Assembly: GCA_963693055.1 (NCBI GenBank)
Contig: OY843751.1
Coordinates: 480,001-544,000 of the forward strand
From: a bacterium
GTDB lineage: Bacteria; Zhuqueibacterota; Zhuqueibacteria; Residuimicrobiales; Krinioviventaceae
DNA length: 64,000 bases
Reading direction: 5' to 3'
Part shown: piece after piece, positions 11,022 through 20,368 of the stretch
Position numbering within the stretch: the stretch's first letter is position 1
Layout of the letters: each line of letters opens with the position of its first letter
Notes under the pieces: model-generated
The model's input: the letters and a program-made list of their open reading frames with translations, nothing else
The model's database searches: none
Told to the model about the DNA's origin: nothing
Position numbers and translations under genes: made by a program

Positions 11022-11705
11022 ATGCAAAAACAAAGCAGAGTAGATATATTTTCATTCAAAGCTGTAATATTTGATATGGACGGTGTGATTGTAGATTCCG
11101 AAGGAATGCATTTTAAAACCATGCAGGATGTATTTGCAAAAGAAGGTGTGAATCTTGAATATGATCATTTTATGGATATTGTGGGGCACACAACCACCCG
11201 CAACATTCAGGATATTAACAAGTGGTTTGGCCGGGATTTTGATCCGCCCGAGATGGTGAAAAAACTGCATGATGCTTTTGCAAAAGAACTGGATGATAAC
11301 GGAATGGATGCCCAACCCGGATTTTTTGATTTGGTTGAGCAGTTGAAATCCAAAGACATGCCTATCGCTTTATGTACTTCTTCATCCCGTGAAGAAGCTG
11401 AATATATGTTTAAATTTATTTTGAAAAAACATCCGGAATATATCACATTGTATGATATTTTTGATACCAGTGTTACGGGGCAGGATATAAAAAACCGCAA
11501 ACCGCATCCCGATCCGTATCTGAAAGCCATGGCTGGGGTTGAGGAAAATCCCGGGGACTGTCTGGTGTTTGAGGATTCGTCATTGGGTATCGCATCCGCC
11601 AAAGACGCGGGCTGCGGAATGTGCATTGCCCTGCGGCATCCCTATAATGTCAATGGCATTGGTCGTGCGGATTTTGTGATTGATTCGCTAGTGGAGGTGT
11701 TGTAA
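11022..11705 (+). CDS. HAD-superfamily phosphatase (beta-PGM/CbbY-like), paralog 1
   Basis: FDMDGVIVDSE, CTSS, RKPHPDPY, VFEDS..GI.SA..AG. Confidence 0.9.
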   Translation: MQKQSRVDIFSFKAVIFDMDGVIVDSEGMHFKTMQDVFAKEGVNLEYDHFMDIVGHTTTRNIQDINKWFGRDFDPPEMVKKLHDAFAKELDDNGMDAQPGFFDLVEQLKSKDMPIALCTSSSREEAEYMFKFILKKHPEYITLYDIFDTSVTGQDIKNRKPHPDPYLKAMAGVEENPGDCLVFEDSSLGIASAKDAGCGMCIALRHPYNVNGIGRADFVIDSLVEVL

Positions 11706-11724
11706 ATTTTTTTGCTTGCCGGGG

Positions 11725-11749
11725 GGAACATTTCATATCTTTTTCCGTA
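11725..11749 (+). promoter_or_regulatory. ECF-sigma-type promoter
   Basis: GGAAC(11725-29)-N16-CGTA(11746-49). Confidence 0.5.
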
Positions 11750-11888
11750 ATATAACAATATTTTTATAAACCCAAAGATGGGTTTTATTGATTGCTTTTC
11801 CGGTTGTTACAGAACCACCAGCACCGAGGAGAACATTTTTTATTATATGTATTGTTTAGACTGTATAAGCGGATGGAATGGAGACGAT

Positions 11889-12578
11889 ATGGAAAATACA
11901 AGCAGTGTTACAGTAGATTTGTTGTCTTTTCAGTCAGTTATTTTTGACATGGATGGGGTTGTTGTTGATACTGAACGTGTACATTTTGACACGACACGAA
12001 ATGTATTCAAGGAACTGGGCATAAATCTTACTGATGAGCATTATGCCAACTTTGTGGGGCATACTACCAATATTAAAATTCAAAATATTATTGACGAATT
12101 TGGATGTGAGCTGGATATTCCCTTTTATGTAAAGAGATTACGTAAAGCATTTGAAGATCGGTTGGAGAATTATGGCGCAGATGCCCGGCCCGGCTTTTTT
12201 GAAATTGTAAAGTATTTAAAGGAAAATCGAGTCAGTATCGCTTTATGCACTTCATCTACCCGTGATGAAGCACAATATATGTTTGAACGGATATTAGTAA
12301 ACCATCCGGAATATGCTTCAATGGATGAAATTTTCAATGTCGTTATTACGGCAGATGATGTGAATCATCGCAAACCGCACCCGGAGCCCTATTTAAAAGC
12401 CATTAAAGGTACGGGCGCAATTGCATCTGATTGCCTGGTATTTGAGGATACCGCAACGGGGATCACTGCTGCCAAAGACGCGGGCTGCGGTGTGTGCATT
12501 GCCTTGAACCATCCCTATAATGTGAACAAGCTGGCACAAGCTGACTTGACAATTGATTCGCTTGAAGAGGTGTTGTAA
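11889..12578 (+). CDS. HAD-superfamily phosphatase, paralog 2
   Basis: FDMDGVVVDTE, RKPHPEPY, VFEDT; clearly homologous to the upstream gene (both end IDSL.EVL). ATG 11889 follows ggaga. Confidence 0.9.
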   Translation: MENTSSVTVDLLSFQSVIFDMDGVVVDTERVHFDTTRNVFKELGINLTDEHYANFVGHTTNIKIQNIIDEFGCELDIPFYVKRLRKAFEDRLENYGADARPGFFEIVKYLKENRVSIALCTSSTRDEAQYMFERILVNHPEYASMDEIFNVVITADDVNHRKPHPEPYLKAIKGTGAIASDCLVFEDTATGITAAKDAGCGVCIALNHPYNVNKLAQADLTIDSLEEVL

Positions 12579-12579
12579 A

Positions 12580-15435
12580 CTAGATCACCGTCCATCTGAT
12601 GAGGAACAGTTCTTTGGATTCGAATTCATGGTGCATGCGCTGATGGATCTTTTCGATCAACTTGTCGCGTTTGGCCATAATTTCATCTTCCACATCAAAC
12701 AGATGCTGTCTTTTCACCCGTTTTTCAATTTCCTGACTTTTGATCTCTACCTGTAATTGGTGTTGGCGCAGTGTGTCCTGGGTCATACGCGATTCGCGAC
12801 TCAGGGATTTGATTTTCGCCTTTATATCTTTGAGTGCACGTTCTGCACCAATGACCATATCATCGGCCCAGGAATCAAGCTTGTCGCATTCCTGCGCGAA
12901 AAAGCTGTTGTTGAGATTGACAGATTCTCTGACTTTTTTCTGAATAGAGTCACGCGCGCTTATATCAATGTGGCGCTTAACCTCGGGCGGGATCTCTTTT
13001 AATCGTGATGATGCGGCCCTTAATTGAAAGAATTTTTCACAAATATCAGGATCAATGGTTTTGCCCGCTTCGGTCAAACCCGTCCAGATGAGGTATTCCT
13101 CCGGTTCAAAGGATTGTACCTGCAACAGGTGCAGTGCTATCCAGCCGGATTTGCCTCTGAGTCGCTCAATTACCGAGATTTTTTTCGGATGGTTGGTAAT
13201 GTCAAAGTATAATTGTGAAGGGGGAGTCTCGCCGTTTTTACCCGCGGCCAGGACAAATTCACCCAACGGATGTGACAAACGATACAAAAACTCGCCGCTG
13301 GTATTGCTGCGGGTTTTGGAGATCATTTGGTAGTTGCCTGGTTTAACCGATTCCAATGGGGATTTGGACAGGTTAAATTTTAAAGAGTCATCAAAAAAAC
13401 GGGCGTTCTGGTTTAAAATGAATTTGCTCAAATCCCAGAAATATGAGCCATATCTGTCCAATTGTTCCCGTGCGTTTTCCAATTGCATTTTAAAACGGGC
13501 ATGGACCTCTTCGTCAAAATGCTCCAGCAGGGTGCGACGGGTATCGGCCATCTTGTCCTGGATCAGTTCGTCCAGTTCCAGTCGCAACTGGGAAAAGGCC
13601 TCTTCAATCTCTTCGGTACTGCGGCAGGATTCATATATTTTGTGTATGCGTCTTTCAAAGTCAACCCCCGAATCTATGTTACCTAAAACTTCATCTGACG
13701 CACCAAAAACACCTTCAAACAAGCTGAATTTTTTATCCAGTAATTCGTATACCCGGCAATCGGTTTCGTTACGTTTGTTGAGAAAATTTACTACAACGAC
13801 ATCAAATTTTTGACCGTAACGGTGACAGCGACCAATACGCTGTTCTATACGCTGGGGATTCCAGGGCAGATCGTAATTAATGAGCAGTGAGCAGAATTGC
13901 AGGTTAATACCTTCAGCAGCCGCTTCAGTAGCGATCATGATCTCCCCGTGATCGCGAAAATATTCTACAATGGCGGTGCGCATATCCACAGCCCGTGAAC
14001 CGGCTACACGACCTGAATCTTTGTTTTTTTCCAGCCATTCTTTATAGACTTTGTTAGAGATTTCGTCATTGTTGGTCCCGTTGAAGAGAATGATCTTGTC
14101 TTTAAATCCGTTTTCAGACAGAAACTGTACCAGGTATTCCTGCGTGCGTCGGGATTCTGTAAAGATAATGGCTTTACGCAATGCTTTCATTTTGGCAAGT
14201 TCTTTGAATCCGGTATCCAGCGCTTGCAGTAAGGTTTTGGCCTTGGTGTCGGTAGCGAGACTGTTGGCGTAAATAATTAGAGAGTCGAGCTCTTTGATCT
14301 CGTCCGCAATTTTAACAGGATCAAATTCCAGTTTTTTGCCGCCATTGCGTTTTGCGCCGGCTTCGTCCAGAATGTCTTCTTCCAGATCGTCGTTTACAAA
14401 CATCTGGTCAAGCCATTCCGAGTCTTTGATGGTTTCGCCGGCCAGCAATGCTTTCAGGCGGTTCCTCATTAATCCCAGAGTACCCGAGATTGCATAGATG
14501 GAAGACGCCAAGATTTTGCGCAAAACCAGGGTCATTAAATGCCGCTGGGCATGAGGGATCGAGTAGGTGTCTTCACGCGCGATAAATTCAGATATATGGT
14601 CATAGAGCTGGTGCTCATTGTCCGTGGGTTCGTACGGCAGGGTGAGCGTTCTGCGCTTGGTATAGCGGATGTACTCTGTTACCTGGTTACGCAGGGTACG
14701 TTTGCAGAACCGTTCCAGACGAACAGCAAGTTCTTCGCTGCCGCCGGCCTTGTTAATAAACTGGGCACGAAAAGCTTCGGGATCGCCAAAAATATGCTCG
14801 TCAATAAATGTTGAAAGTCCATACAGTTCCATGAGTGAATTCTGTAATGGAGTTGCTGTTAGTAGTACCTTGTTTTTACCATCAAGTGCCCAGCGCAGTT
14901 CATGCGCCATTTTGTTTTTGGGTTTATAGACATTGCGAAGCTTGTGGGCCTCGTCAATAACCACCATGTCCCAGTCGATTGTACGCAGTTTTACACCATA
15001 TCGGCTGGCAAAGTGCACGGATGCGATTACGATTACATCGTTATCAAAGGGATTGGGGTTACCTTTGGCCTTGATCTGTTTGTAGGAGCGGGCATCGAGA
15101 ACCATATTGGGAAGATGGAACTTTTCCATCAGTTCGATGCTCCATTGTTTACGCAGGGCAGCGGGACTAATGATCAATAGTTTGCGTTTTCGTTCCGCCC
15201 AGAGTTGGCATAATAAAAGTCCGGCCTCGATGGTTTTACCCAGCCCCACCTCATCCGCCAGAATAGCACCTTTGGCCAGGGGAGAGCGCATACCAAACAG
15301 CGCCGCTTCAATCTGGTGCGGGTTCAAGTCGATGCAGGCATCGAAAAGCGAGTGGGTAAGTTTCTGGATGCTGCCCGCGTTGTGTTGTAGTGATAATTCG
15401 TGCGCGAAAAATTTCGCATGGAATGGTGTTGACAT
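12580..15435 (-). CDS. SNF2-family helicase (RapA/DrmD-like; type often found beside type III R-M genes)
   Basis: LNPHQ, LADEVGLGKT, IDEAH, LTATP, ATEAAAEGINLQ, NYDLPWNPQRIEQRIGRCHRYGQ; coiled-coil C-terminus. Confidence 0.9.
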   Translation of the reverse strand: MSTPFHAKFFAHELSLQHNAGSIQKLTHSLFDACIDLNPHQIEAALFGMRSPLAKGAILADEVGLGKTIEAGLLLCQLWAERKRKLLIISPAALRKQWSIELMEKFHLPNMVLDARSYKQIKAKGNPNPFDNDVIVIASVHFASRYGVKLRTIDWDMVVIDEAHKLRNVYKPKNKMAHELRWALDGKNKVLLTATPLQNSLMELYGLSTFIDEHIFGDPEAFRAQFINKAGGSEELAVRLERFCKRTLRNQVTEYIRYTKRRTLTLPYEPTDNEHQLYDHISEFIAREDTYSIPHAQRHLMTLVLRKILASSIYAISGTLGLMRNRLKALLAGETIKDSEWLDQMFVNDDLEEDILDEAGAKRNGGKKLEFDPVKIADEIKELDSLIIYANSLATDTKAKTLLQALDTGFKELAKMKALRKAIIFTESRRTQEYLVQFLSENGFKDKIILFNGTNNDEISNKVYKEWLEKNKDSGRVAGSRAVDMRTAIVEYFRDHGEIMIATEAAAEGINLQFCSLLINYDLPWNPQRIEQRIGRCHRYGQKFDVVVVNFLNKRNETDCRVYELLDKKFSLFEGVFGASDEVLGNIDSGVDFERRIHKIYESCRSTEEIEEAFSQLRLELDELIQDKMADTRRTLLEHFDEEVHARFKMQLENAREQLDRYGSYFWDLSKFILNQNARFFDDSLKFNLSKSPLESVKPGNYQMISKTRSNTSGEFLYRLSHPLGEFVLAAGKNGETPPSQLYFDITNHPKKISVIERLRGKSGWIALHLLQVQSFEPEEYLIWTGLTEAGKTIDPDICEKFFQLRAASSRLKEIPPEVKRHIDISARDSIQKKVRESVNLNNSFFAQECDKLDSWADDMVIGAERALKDIKAKIKSLSRESRMTQDTLRQHQLQVEIKSQEIEKRVKRQHLFDVEDEIMAKRDKLIEKIHQRMHHEFESKELFLIRWTVI

Positions 15436-15704
15436 GTAACTCCTTATTTCTCCTGAAAACGCAAAGATAATAATATACGGAAATTTTCGTCGATTGCAAA
15501 GATTGAATTGTAAAAAATAGATTAGCCCATGGGCTTTCCCTGAGTTTATCCAAGGGTATAACGTTGGTAGGCGGAGAACGTATCGAAGGGACGAGGGTTT
15601 TTTGTCCCTCGGGAGGATTGGATGAGGATGAACAATTCAAAATCATTTCATTTTGTAGAGAAAACAATTATATTCAAAAAATAATTCAAATCCGGGAAAA
15701 TGAA

Positions 15705-16439
15705 ATGAAAAATCATATCGCAATCGTTTGTGCGTTGCTGGTTTTATCCGTGTCCTATTACTGCCTTGCTGAAGAGAGTCAAATCGGCGGCGTTGCGGAA
15801 AAGTCCGTTTATTTTGCAGAGATGGATTCTTTAATGCAGGTCAAATGGCCGGATAACCGTACCATAACGATTGTTTGTCATGGTCACAGTGTGCCTGCCG
15901 GTTATTTTGAAACTCCCTTTGTAGATACGTTTGACGCCTATCCGCATCTTTGGCATAGGGCGTTAAAGGAAATCTATCCCTTTGCGGTAATCAATGTTAT
16001 AGTAACCGGCATAGGCGGTGAAACATCTGAAAGCGGGGCCAACCGTTTTGAACAGGATGTGCTGACACATCATCCGGATATTATTACAATTGATTATGCT
16101 TTGAATGACAGGGGTATGGGGCTGGAAAAAGCCAGGGTAGCCTGGCAGACTATGATTACCAACGCGCAAGCACAGAACATCAAGGTGATTTTGTTGACAC
16201 CCACAGCAGACAAAGGTTCAGATATGGATGATGCATACGATCCATTGAATCAGCATGCTGAGCAGGTGCGGGGATTGGCGGAGAAATACCATGTTGGGCT
16301 GGTAGATAGTTATGCTGCGTTTAAAGAGTATGTTCAAAATGGCGGGCAACTGGACGATCTCATGTCTCAGGTAAACCATCCCAATCGCAATGGACACGAT
16401 CTGGTGGTCAAGGCGTTGATGGAGTGGTTTCCGGAATAG
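15705..16439 (+). CDS. SGNH/GDSL hydrolase, exported
   Basis: Signal peptide, GHSVPAG (block I), GIGGE (II), YALND (III), NHPN (V). Confidence 0.85.
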   Translation: MKNHIAIVCALLVLSVSYYCLAEESQIGGVAEKSVYFAEMDSLMQVKWPDNRTITIVCHGHSVPAGYFETPFVDTFDAYPHLWHRALKEIYPFAVINVIVTGIGGETSESGANRFEQDVLTHHPDIITIDYALNDRGMGLEKARVAWQTMITNAQAQNIKVILLTPTADKGSDMDDAYDPLNQHAEQVRGLAEKYHVGLVDSYAAFKEYVQNGGQLDDLMSQVNHPNRNGHDLVVKALMEWFPE

Positions 16440-16574
16440 CCTTACTGAGGAAATATTGGTTTGGGTTAAGTACCTCCCAGAGGTTAAAGAAACAAAAAAT
16501 TACTTGATTGTTTGTTCGGTATTGGCTTAATTATAGATATATCAACTGTAATCAATGGGGATTCAGGGGATCGC

Positions 16575-17384
16575 ATGGATCTGGAACAGGATTATCTTGA
16601 AAACGAGTATGACGACAATGAGTTGAGTTTGGATGTTGAACCCGAACCTTTTGAACCGTATCTGGGGATTTTTAAATCTATTCTGGTTCTGGTTTTGTTG
16701 CAGGGTGTTACCTTTGTCATTGGCATTATTATGAGTGTGCTTGCTATTATGAATAGCAACATCGAAATTTCAGACATTGATGCCAAAGCATTTGAGCAGC
16801 AGCTCAACACAAATGGGTATTTTCTTGCCGAAAGTACGTTTTACAATGCCATTCTCTCACTGACACTTTTATATATTATTATTCAATATAGACGGGGCGT
16901 GGATTTCAAGACGTACATTGGATTCAACAAGGTCAGTCTAAAAGTAATTTTTGAGACGGTACTGATAATCTTGGCTTTGAAGGTAGTCATGGTTGTTCCG
17001 GTTTCAAGCCGATTGACGCACCTCAAAGTTGATGATTTTATGCTGATATTTGTACAATCTGATGGCCCAAAATTGTTTTTCTGGTTCACAATTGTTGTGG
17101 CAGCGCCCGTGTTTGAGGAAATACTGTTTAGAGGATTCTTTTTAGAAAGCCTGGTCCATTCCAAATTGAGTGTGCACTGGGCGATTGTTTTATCGTCTCT
17201 AATCTGGGCGTTGATTCATACACAGTATGGTCTGGAGGCCAAATTCTTTTTGTTTTTTATCGGATTGTTTTTTGGGTATTACAAGATCCGGTACAATTCT
17301 ATCTGGCCGCCCATTGCGGGACATGTGTTTATGAATTTGACATCTTTTGTTCTGGTATCAGCTATTCATTATTTCAATGGTTAA
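16575..17384 (+). CDS. CPBP (Abi/CAAX) intramembrane metalloprotease, paralog 1
   Basis: APVFEEILFRG, WALIH, AGHVFMN; multiple TM segments. Confidence 0.9.
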   Translation: MDLEQDYLENEYDDNELSLDVEPEPFEPYLGIFKSILVLVLLQGVTFVIGIIMSVLAIMNSNIEISDIDAKAFEQQLNTNGYFLAESTFYNAILSLTLLYIIIQYRRGVDFKTYIGFNKVSLKVIFETVLIILALKVVMVVPVSSRLTHLKVDDFMLIFVQSDGPKLFFWFTIVVAAPVFEEILFRGFFLESLVHSKLSVHWAIVLSSLIWALIHTQYGLEAKFFLFFIGLFFGYYKIRYNSIWPPIAGHVFMNLTSFVLVSAIHYFNG

Positions 17385-17534
17385 TTGGTTATTGGATTTA
17401 ATATTATGTTACCAGGGTCATAAAAAAGGACCACGAAACACACAAAAAAGCATGAAAAGAACTTGAATTCATGGTTGGAACTGAATGGTTTAATTTGCAT
17501 ATCAATTCTATATAGTTATGGGGATTCCGGGTAA

Positions 17535-18287
17535 ATGAGAACAAACGCTGCAGTACGCAATCCCAAACCCTATTTGGGGGTTTTTAAAACAATAGCGGTA
17601 TTGGTTTTGTTTCAGATTGTTTCTGTGATTGTAACCGTAGTTTTGGGGATAATTTCCGTTGTCAAAAGTTCATATGAATTGACAGATCTAAACATTGGAA
17701 CGTTTTTTCTACAACTGGTATCCGATGGATATTTTATTGCCCAAATTACGTTTTACAGTGCAATATTGGTACTGGTAGCCCTGTACCTCATTATTGATTT
17801 GCGTAAGGGTGTGGATTTTAAAACCTATATTGGTTTGAAATGGCCCGGTATGCAAGCTATTGGTGAGACGCTTTTAATCATTATTGCCTTAATAACCTTT
17901 GTGAGTGTTGCTGGCCCGGATATAATGGGTGGGCAGAACGCGGAATTTATGAAAGACGTTGTACAGTCTAACGGCTCTGTTGTGTTTATCTGGTTTGGGT
18001 TTGCCATTGTGGCGCCGTTTCTGGAAGAGGTATTGTTTAGAGGATTTTTTCAATCCGGGCTTGCGCATTCCAGGCTGGGCACCCATTGGGCGGTTATTCT
18101 GGTATCGCTGGTTTGGGCATTGTCGCATTCTCAATATACTCTGGGCGTTAAGGTGTATTTGCTCTGTTTTGGACTGGTTTTGGGGTATTCACGGGTACGG
18201 TATCATTCTATCTGGCCCGCCATTGCAGGACATGTATTTAACAATTTAATATCGATGATTGTAACCACGTTGTCAGTTTATTCTTGA
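17535..18287 (+). CDS. CPBP (Abi/CAAX) intramembrane metalloprotease, paralog 2
   Basis: APFLEEVLFRG, WALSH, AGHVFNN; shares PYLG.FK and GVDFKTYIG with paralog 1. Confidence 0.9.
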   Translation: MRTNAAVRNPKPYLGVFKTIAVLVLFQIVSVIVTVVLGIISVVKSSYELTDLNIGTFFLQLVSDGYFIAQITFYSAILVLVALYLIIDLRKGVDFKTYIGLKWPGMQAIGETLLIIIALITFVSVAGPDIMGGQNAEFMKDVVQSNGSVVFIWFGFAIVAPFLEEVLFRGFFQSGLAHSRLGTHWAVILVSLVWALSHSQYTLGVKVYLLCFGLVLGYSRVRYHSIWPAIAGHVFNNLISMIVTTLSVYS

Positions 18288-18312
18288 GTAAAACAAATAA
18301 TTTATAAGGGAA

Positions 18313-18783
18313 TTGAATATGAACATGACTCAAAAGGCCGGACTGTTACTACCACTGCTGATGGTTATTCTGTTGACACTGCTGTGGGGATGTGATTTGG
18401 AAAATACCAAAACCGCAAAATCGGATGGGGTGTGGGTGTTTTTGACGCTTCGTTACGAGAGTAATGATGGGTTCCAGTTTAATTATTATTATGGTGAAAT
18501 GAACAAAAAGCTGTATAACAAAATAGCCAATAACCTGATTACAAAAGGATTTTTTAAACTCAACAAGGTCCGGTACTGGAACAATGACGACAAGCTTGAG
18601 CTATACGCGGATGATGTTTATTCCGGTAATATGGTGTTCCGTATTGAGGATATACGCAAGTTGAACGAGCTCAAGGACGATCCCGTGCTTACCAATATAT
18701 ATGAAGAACTCTCGGAAACCGCCAAGTCCCTGCGAGACAGTACGCAGGTAGAGGAGAATTTGAATTTTAATGATACGGAATGA
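18313..18783 (+). CDS. Hypothetical lipoprotein
   Basis: Hydrophobic signal ending LWGC; start may be 18319 or 18325. Confidence 0.7.
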   Translation: MNMNMTQKAGLLLPLLMVILLTLLWGCDLENTKTAKSDGVWVFLTLRYESNDGFQFNYYYGEMNKKLYNKIANNLITKGFFKLNKVRYWNNDDKLELYADDVYSGNMVFRIEDIRKLNELKDDPVLTNIYEELSETAKSLRDSTQVEENLNFNDTE

Positions 18784-19037
18784 TCTTTATGTATGTTGGT
18801 TAAGTTATTAATCGCAGTCCAAAAGTTAATAACCACGGAGGATACAGAGATTAGAACAACAAAAATTGTCCGCAGGTGGGCGGATAGGCTTAGTATAAGG
18901 ATGGTTAATAGGGAAAAGAATGGAATTTCATGTTTATGGGAAAGTTTAATGACTCTATTAATGATAAAGATTCTTTTGAGAGATGAAACCAATACCATAA
19001 ATAGAATTTAATAAACTAATGAAGAAAAAGGTGCAGA

Positions 19038-20150
19038 ATGATTCGGAAAATATTTATTGGAGTAATTTTAATGGTAACAAATATATTCCCAAGTGATTTT
19101 AATCATTTATACCCAATTATAGTGAATGATAAATGGGGATTTATTGATAAATTTGGAACAGTACAGATTGAACCGGTATTTGATTGGGTTTCCCCTGTTG
19201 TTGAGGAAGTGGAACAAAAATTAATCCCTGTTGTTTTGGATAAAAAGTTTGGTTATATAAATAGAAATGGAGATATGGTAATTGAGCCACAATACCAAGA
19301 TGCAAGTGAATTTAATGACCAAATAGCAATTGTTAAAATTAATAAAAAGTATGGTGCGATTAACTTTAATGGAGAATTTGTTATTCAACCAATATATGAT
19401 GAAATAAGTAGTTTTGTAAAATTCAATATTACTACTTTCAGAAAAGATGGAAAATGGGGATATATTGATACAAAAGGAAATATTTTGATTGATGCTCTAT
19501 TTGATGATGCGTATGAGTTATCTGAATGTGGTTGTGCACCATTTATGATAAAAGAGAAAAGGTTTTTATTTTCTAAAACTAAGTGGGGATTTATTTGTTT
19601 GGATAGAATTATTATGGAACCACAGTTTGAAATGATTTGGGATTTTAATGAAGGAATTTCTGCTTTTGAAAATGACGGAAAATGCGGTTTTATTAAATCT
19701 ACAGGGGAATTATTAACTGAAGCAATGTATGAAAATAATCTAAGTTTTTCAGATAGTTTGGCTGCTATAAAGTTAAATGAAAAATGGGGTTTTATTAATC
19801 ATGCCGGAAAGATTGTTATTCCATGTAAATATGATGCAGCTTGGAGTTTTCAGGAAGGTTTAGCCCCAGTAAGTCTTGATGATAAATGGGGGTTTATTGA
19901 TAAATCCGATAATATGATAATACAGCCCCAATTTGAATCTGCTTGGGAATTTCAGGATGGAGCGGCAACTGTGAAAATTAATGATATGTGGGGTTTTATT
20001 GATAGAAATGGTAATATTATTGTTGAACCTCAGTTCTATTTATTTGGAGACTGTGGAAATTTTATTGATGGAATTGCAAGTGTCAGAATTAATAATAAAA
20101 GAGGTTATATTGATAAACAGGGAAAGTATATTTGGAAATTGCAAAAATAG
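19038..20150 (+). CDS. WG-repeat (KWG) beta-repeat protein; AT-rich
   Basis: About 8 repeats of KWG[FY]ID..G..VI.P.[FY]D.A..F.EG.A. Confidence 0.9.
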   Translation: MIRKIFIGVILMVTNIFPSDFNHLYPIIVNDKWGFIDKFGTVQIEPVFDWVSPVVEEVEQKLIPVVLDKKFGYINRNGDMVIEPQYQDASEFNDQIAIVKINKKYGAINFNGEFVIQPIYDEISSFVKFNITTFRKDGKWGYIDTKGNILIDALFDDAYELSECGCAPFMIKEKRFLFSKTKWGFICLDRIIMEPQFEMIWDFNEGISAFENDGKCGFIKSTGELLTEAMYENNLSFSDSLAAIKLNEKWGFINHAGKIVIPCKYDAAWSFQEGLAPVSLDDKWGFIDKSDNMIIQPQFESAWEFQDGAATVKINDMWGFIDRNGNIIVEPQFYLFGDCGNFIDGIASVRINNKRGYIDKQGKYIWKLQK

Positions 20151-20368
20151 TCGTTGAATATTAAGTGAAAAGATTAATAAAAATTGAATCAAATTAAAAA
20201 TGGGAGATATAAAATCCACCCAAGGTTCATAACCTTAGGGTGGGTGGTTTTTAACTCTGGCTGCATATTATGCCTATTTGCAATTCAAATGGATTTTGAA
20301 TAATCCCTCTGTCTCAGTGGTTAATTTTTTTTGTTTGCAAATATCCCCGCAAAACCGTACATATATTC

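Noticed and set aside
18793-19011. 72-aa ORF between the lipoprotein and WG-repeat genes
   Set aside because: No RBS or motif, and it overlaps a REP-like repeat.
20216-20246. Hairpin ccacccaaggtt-cat-aaccttagggtgg
   Set aside because: Most simply a terminator or single REP copy after the WG-repeat gene.
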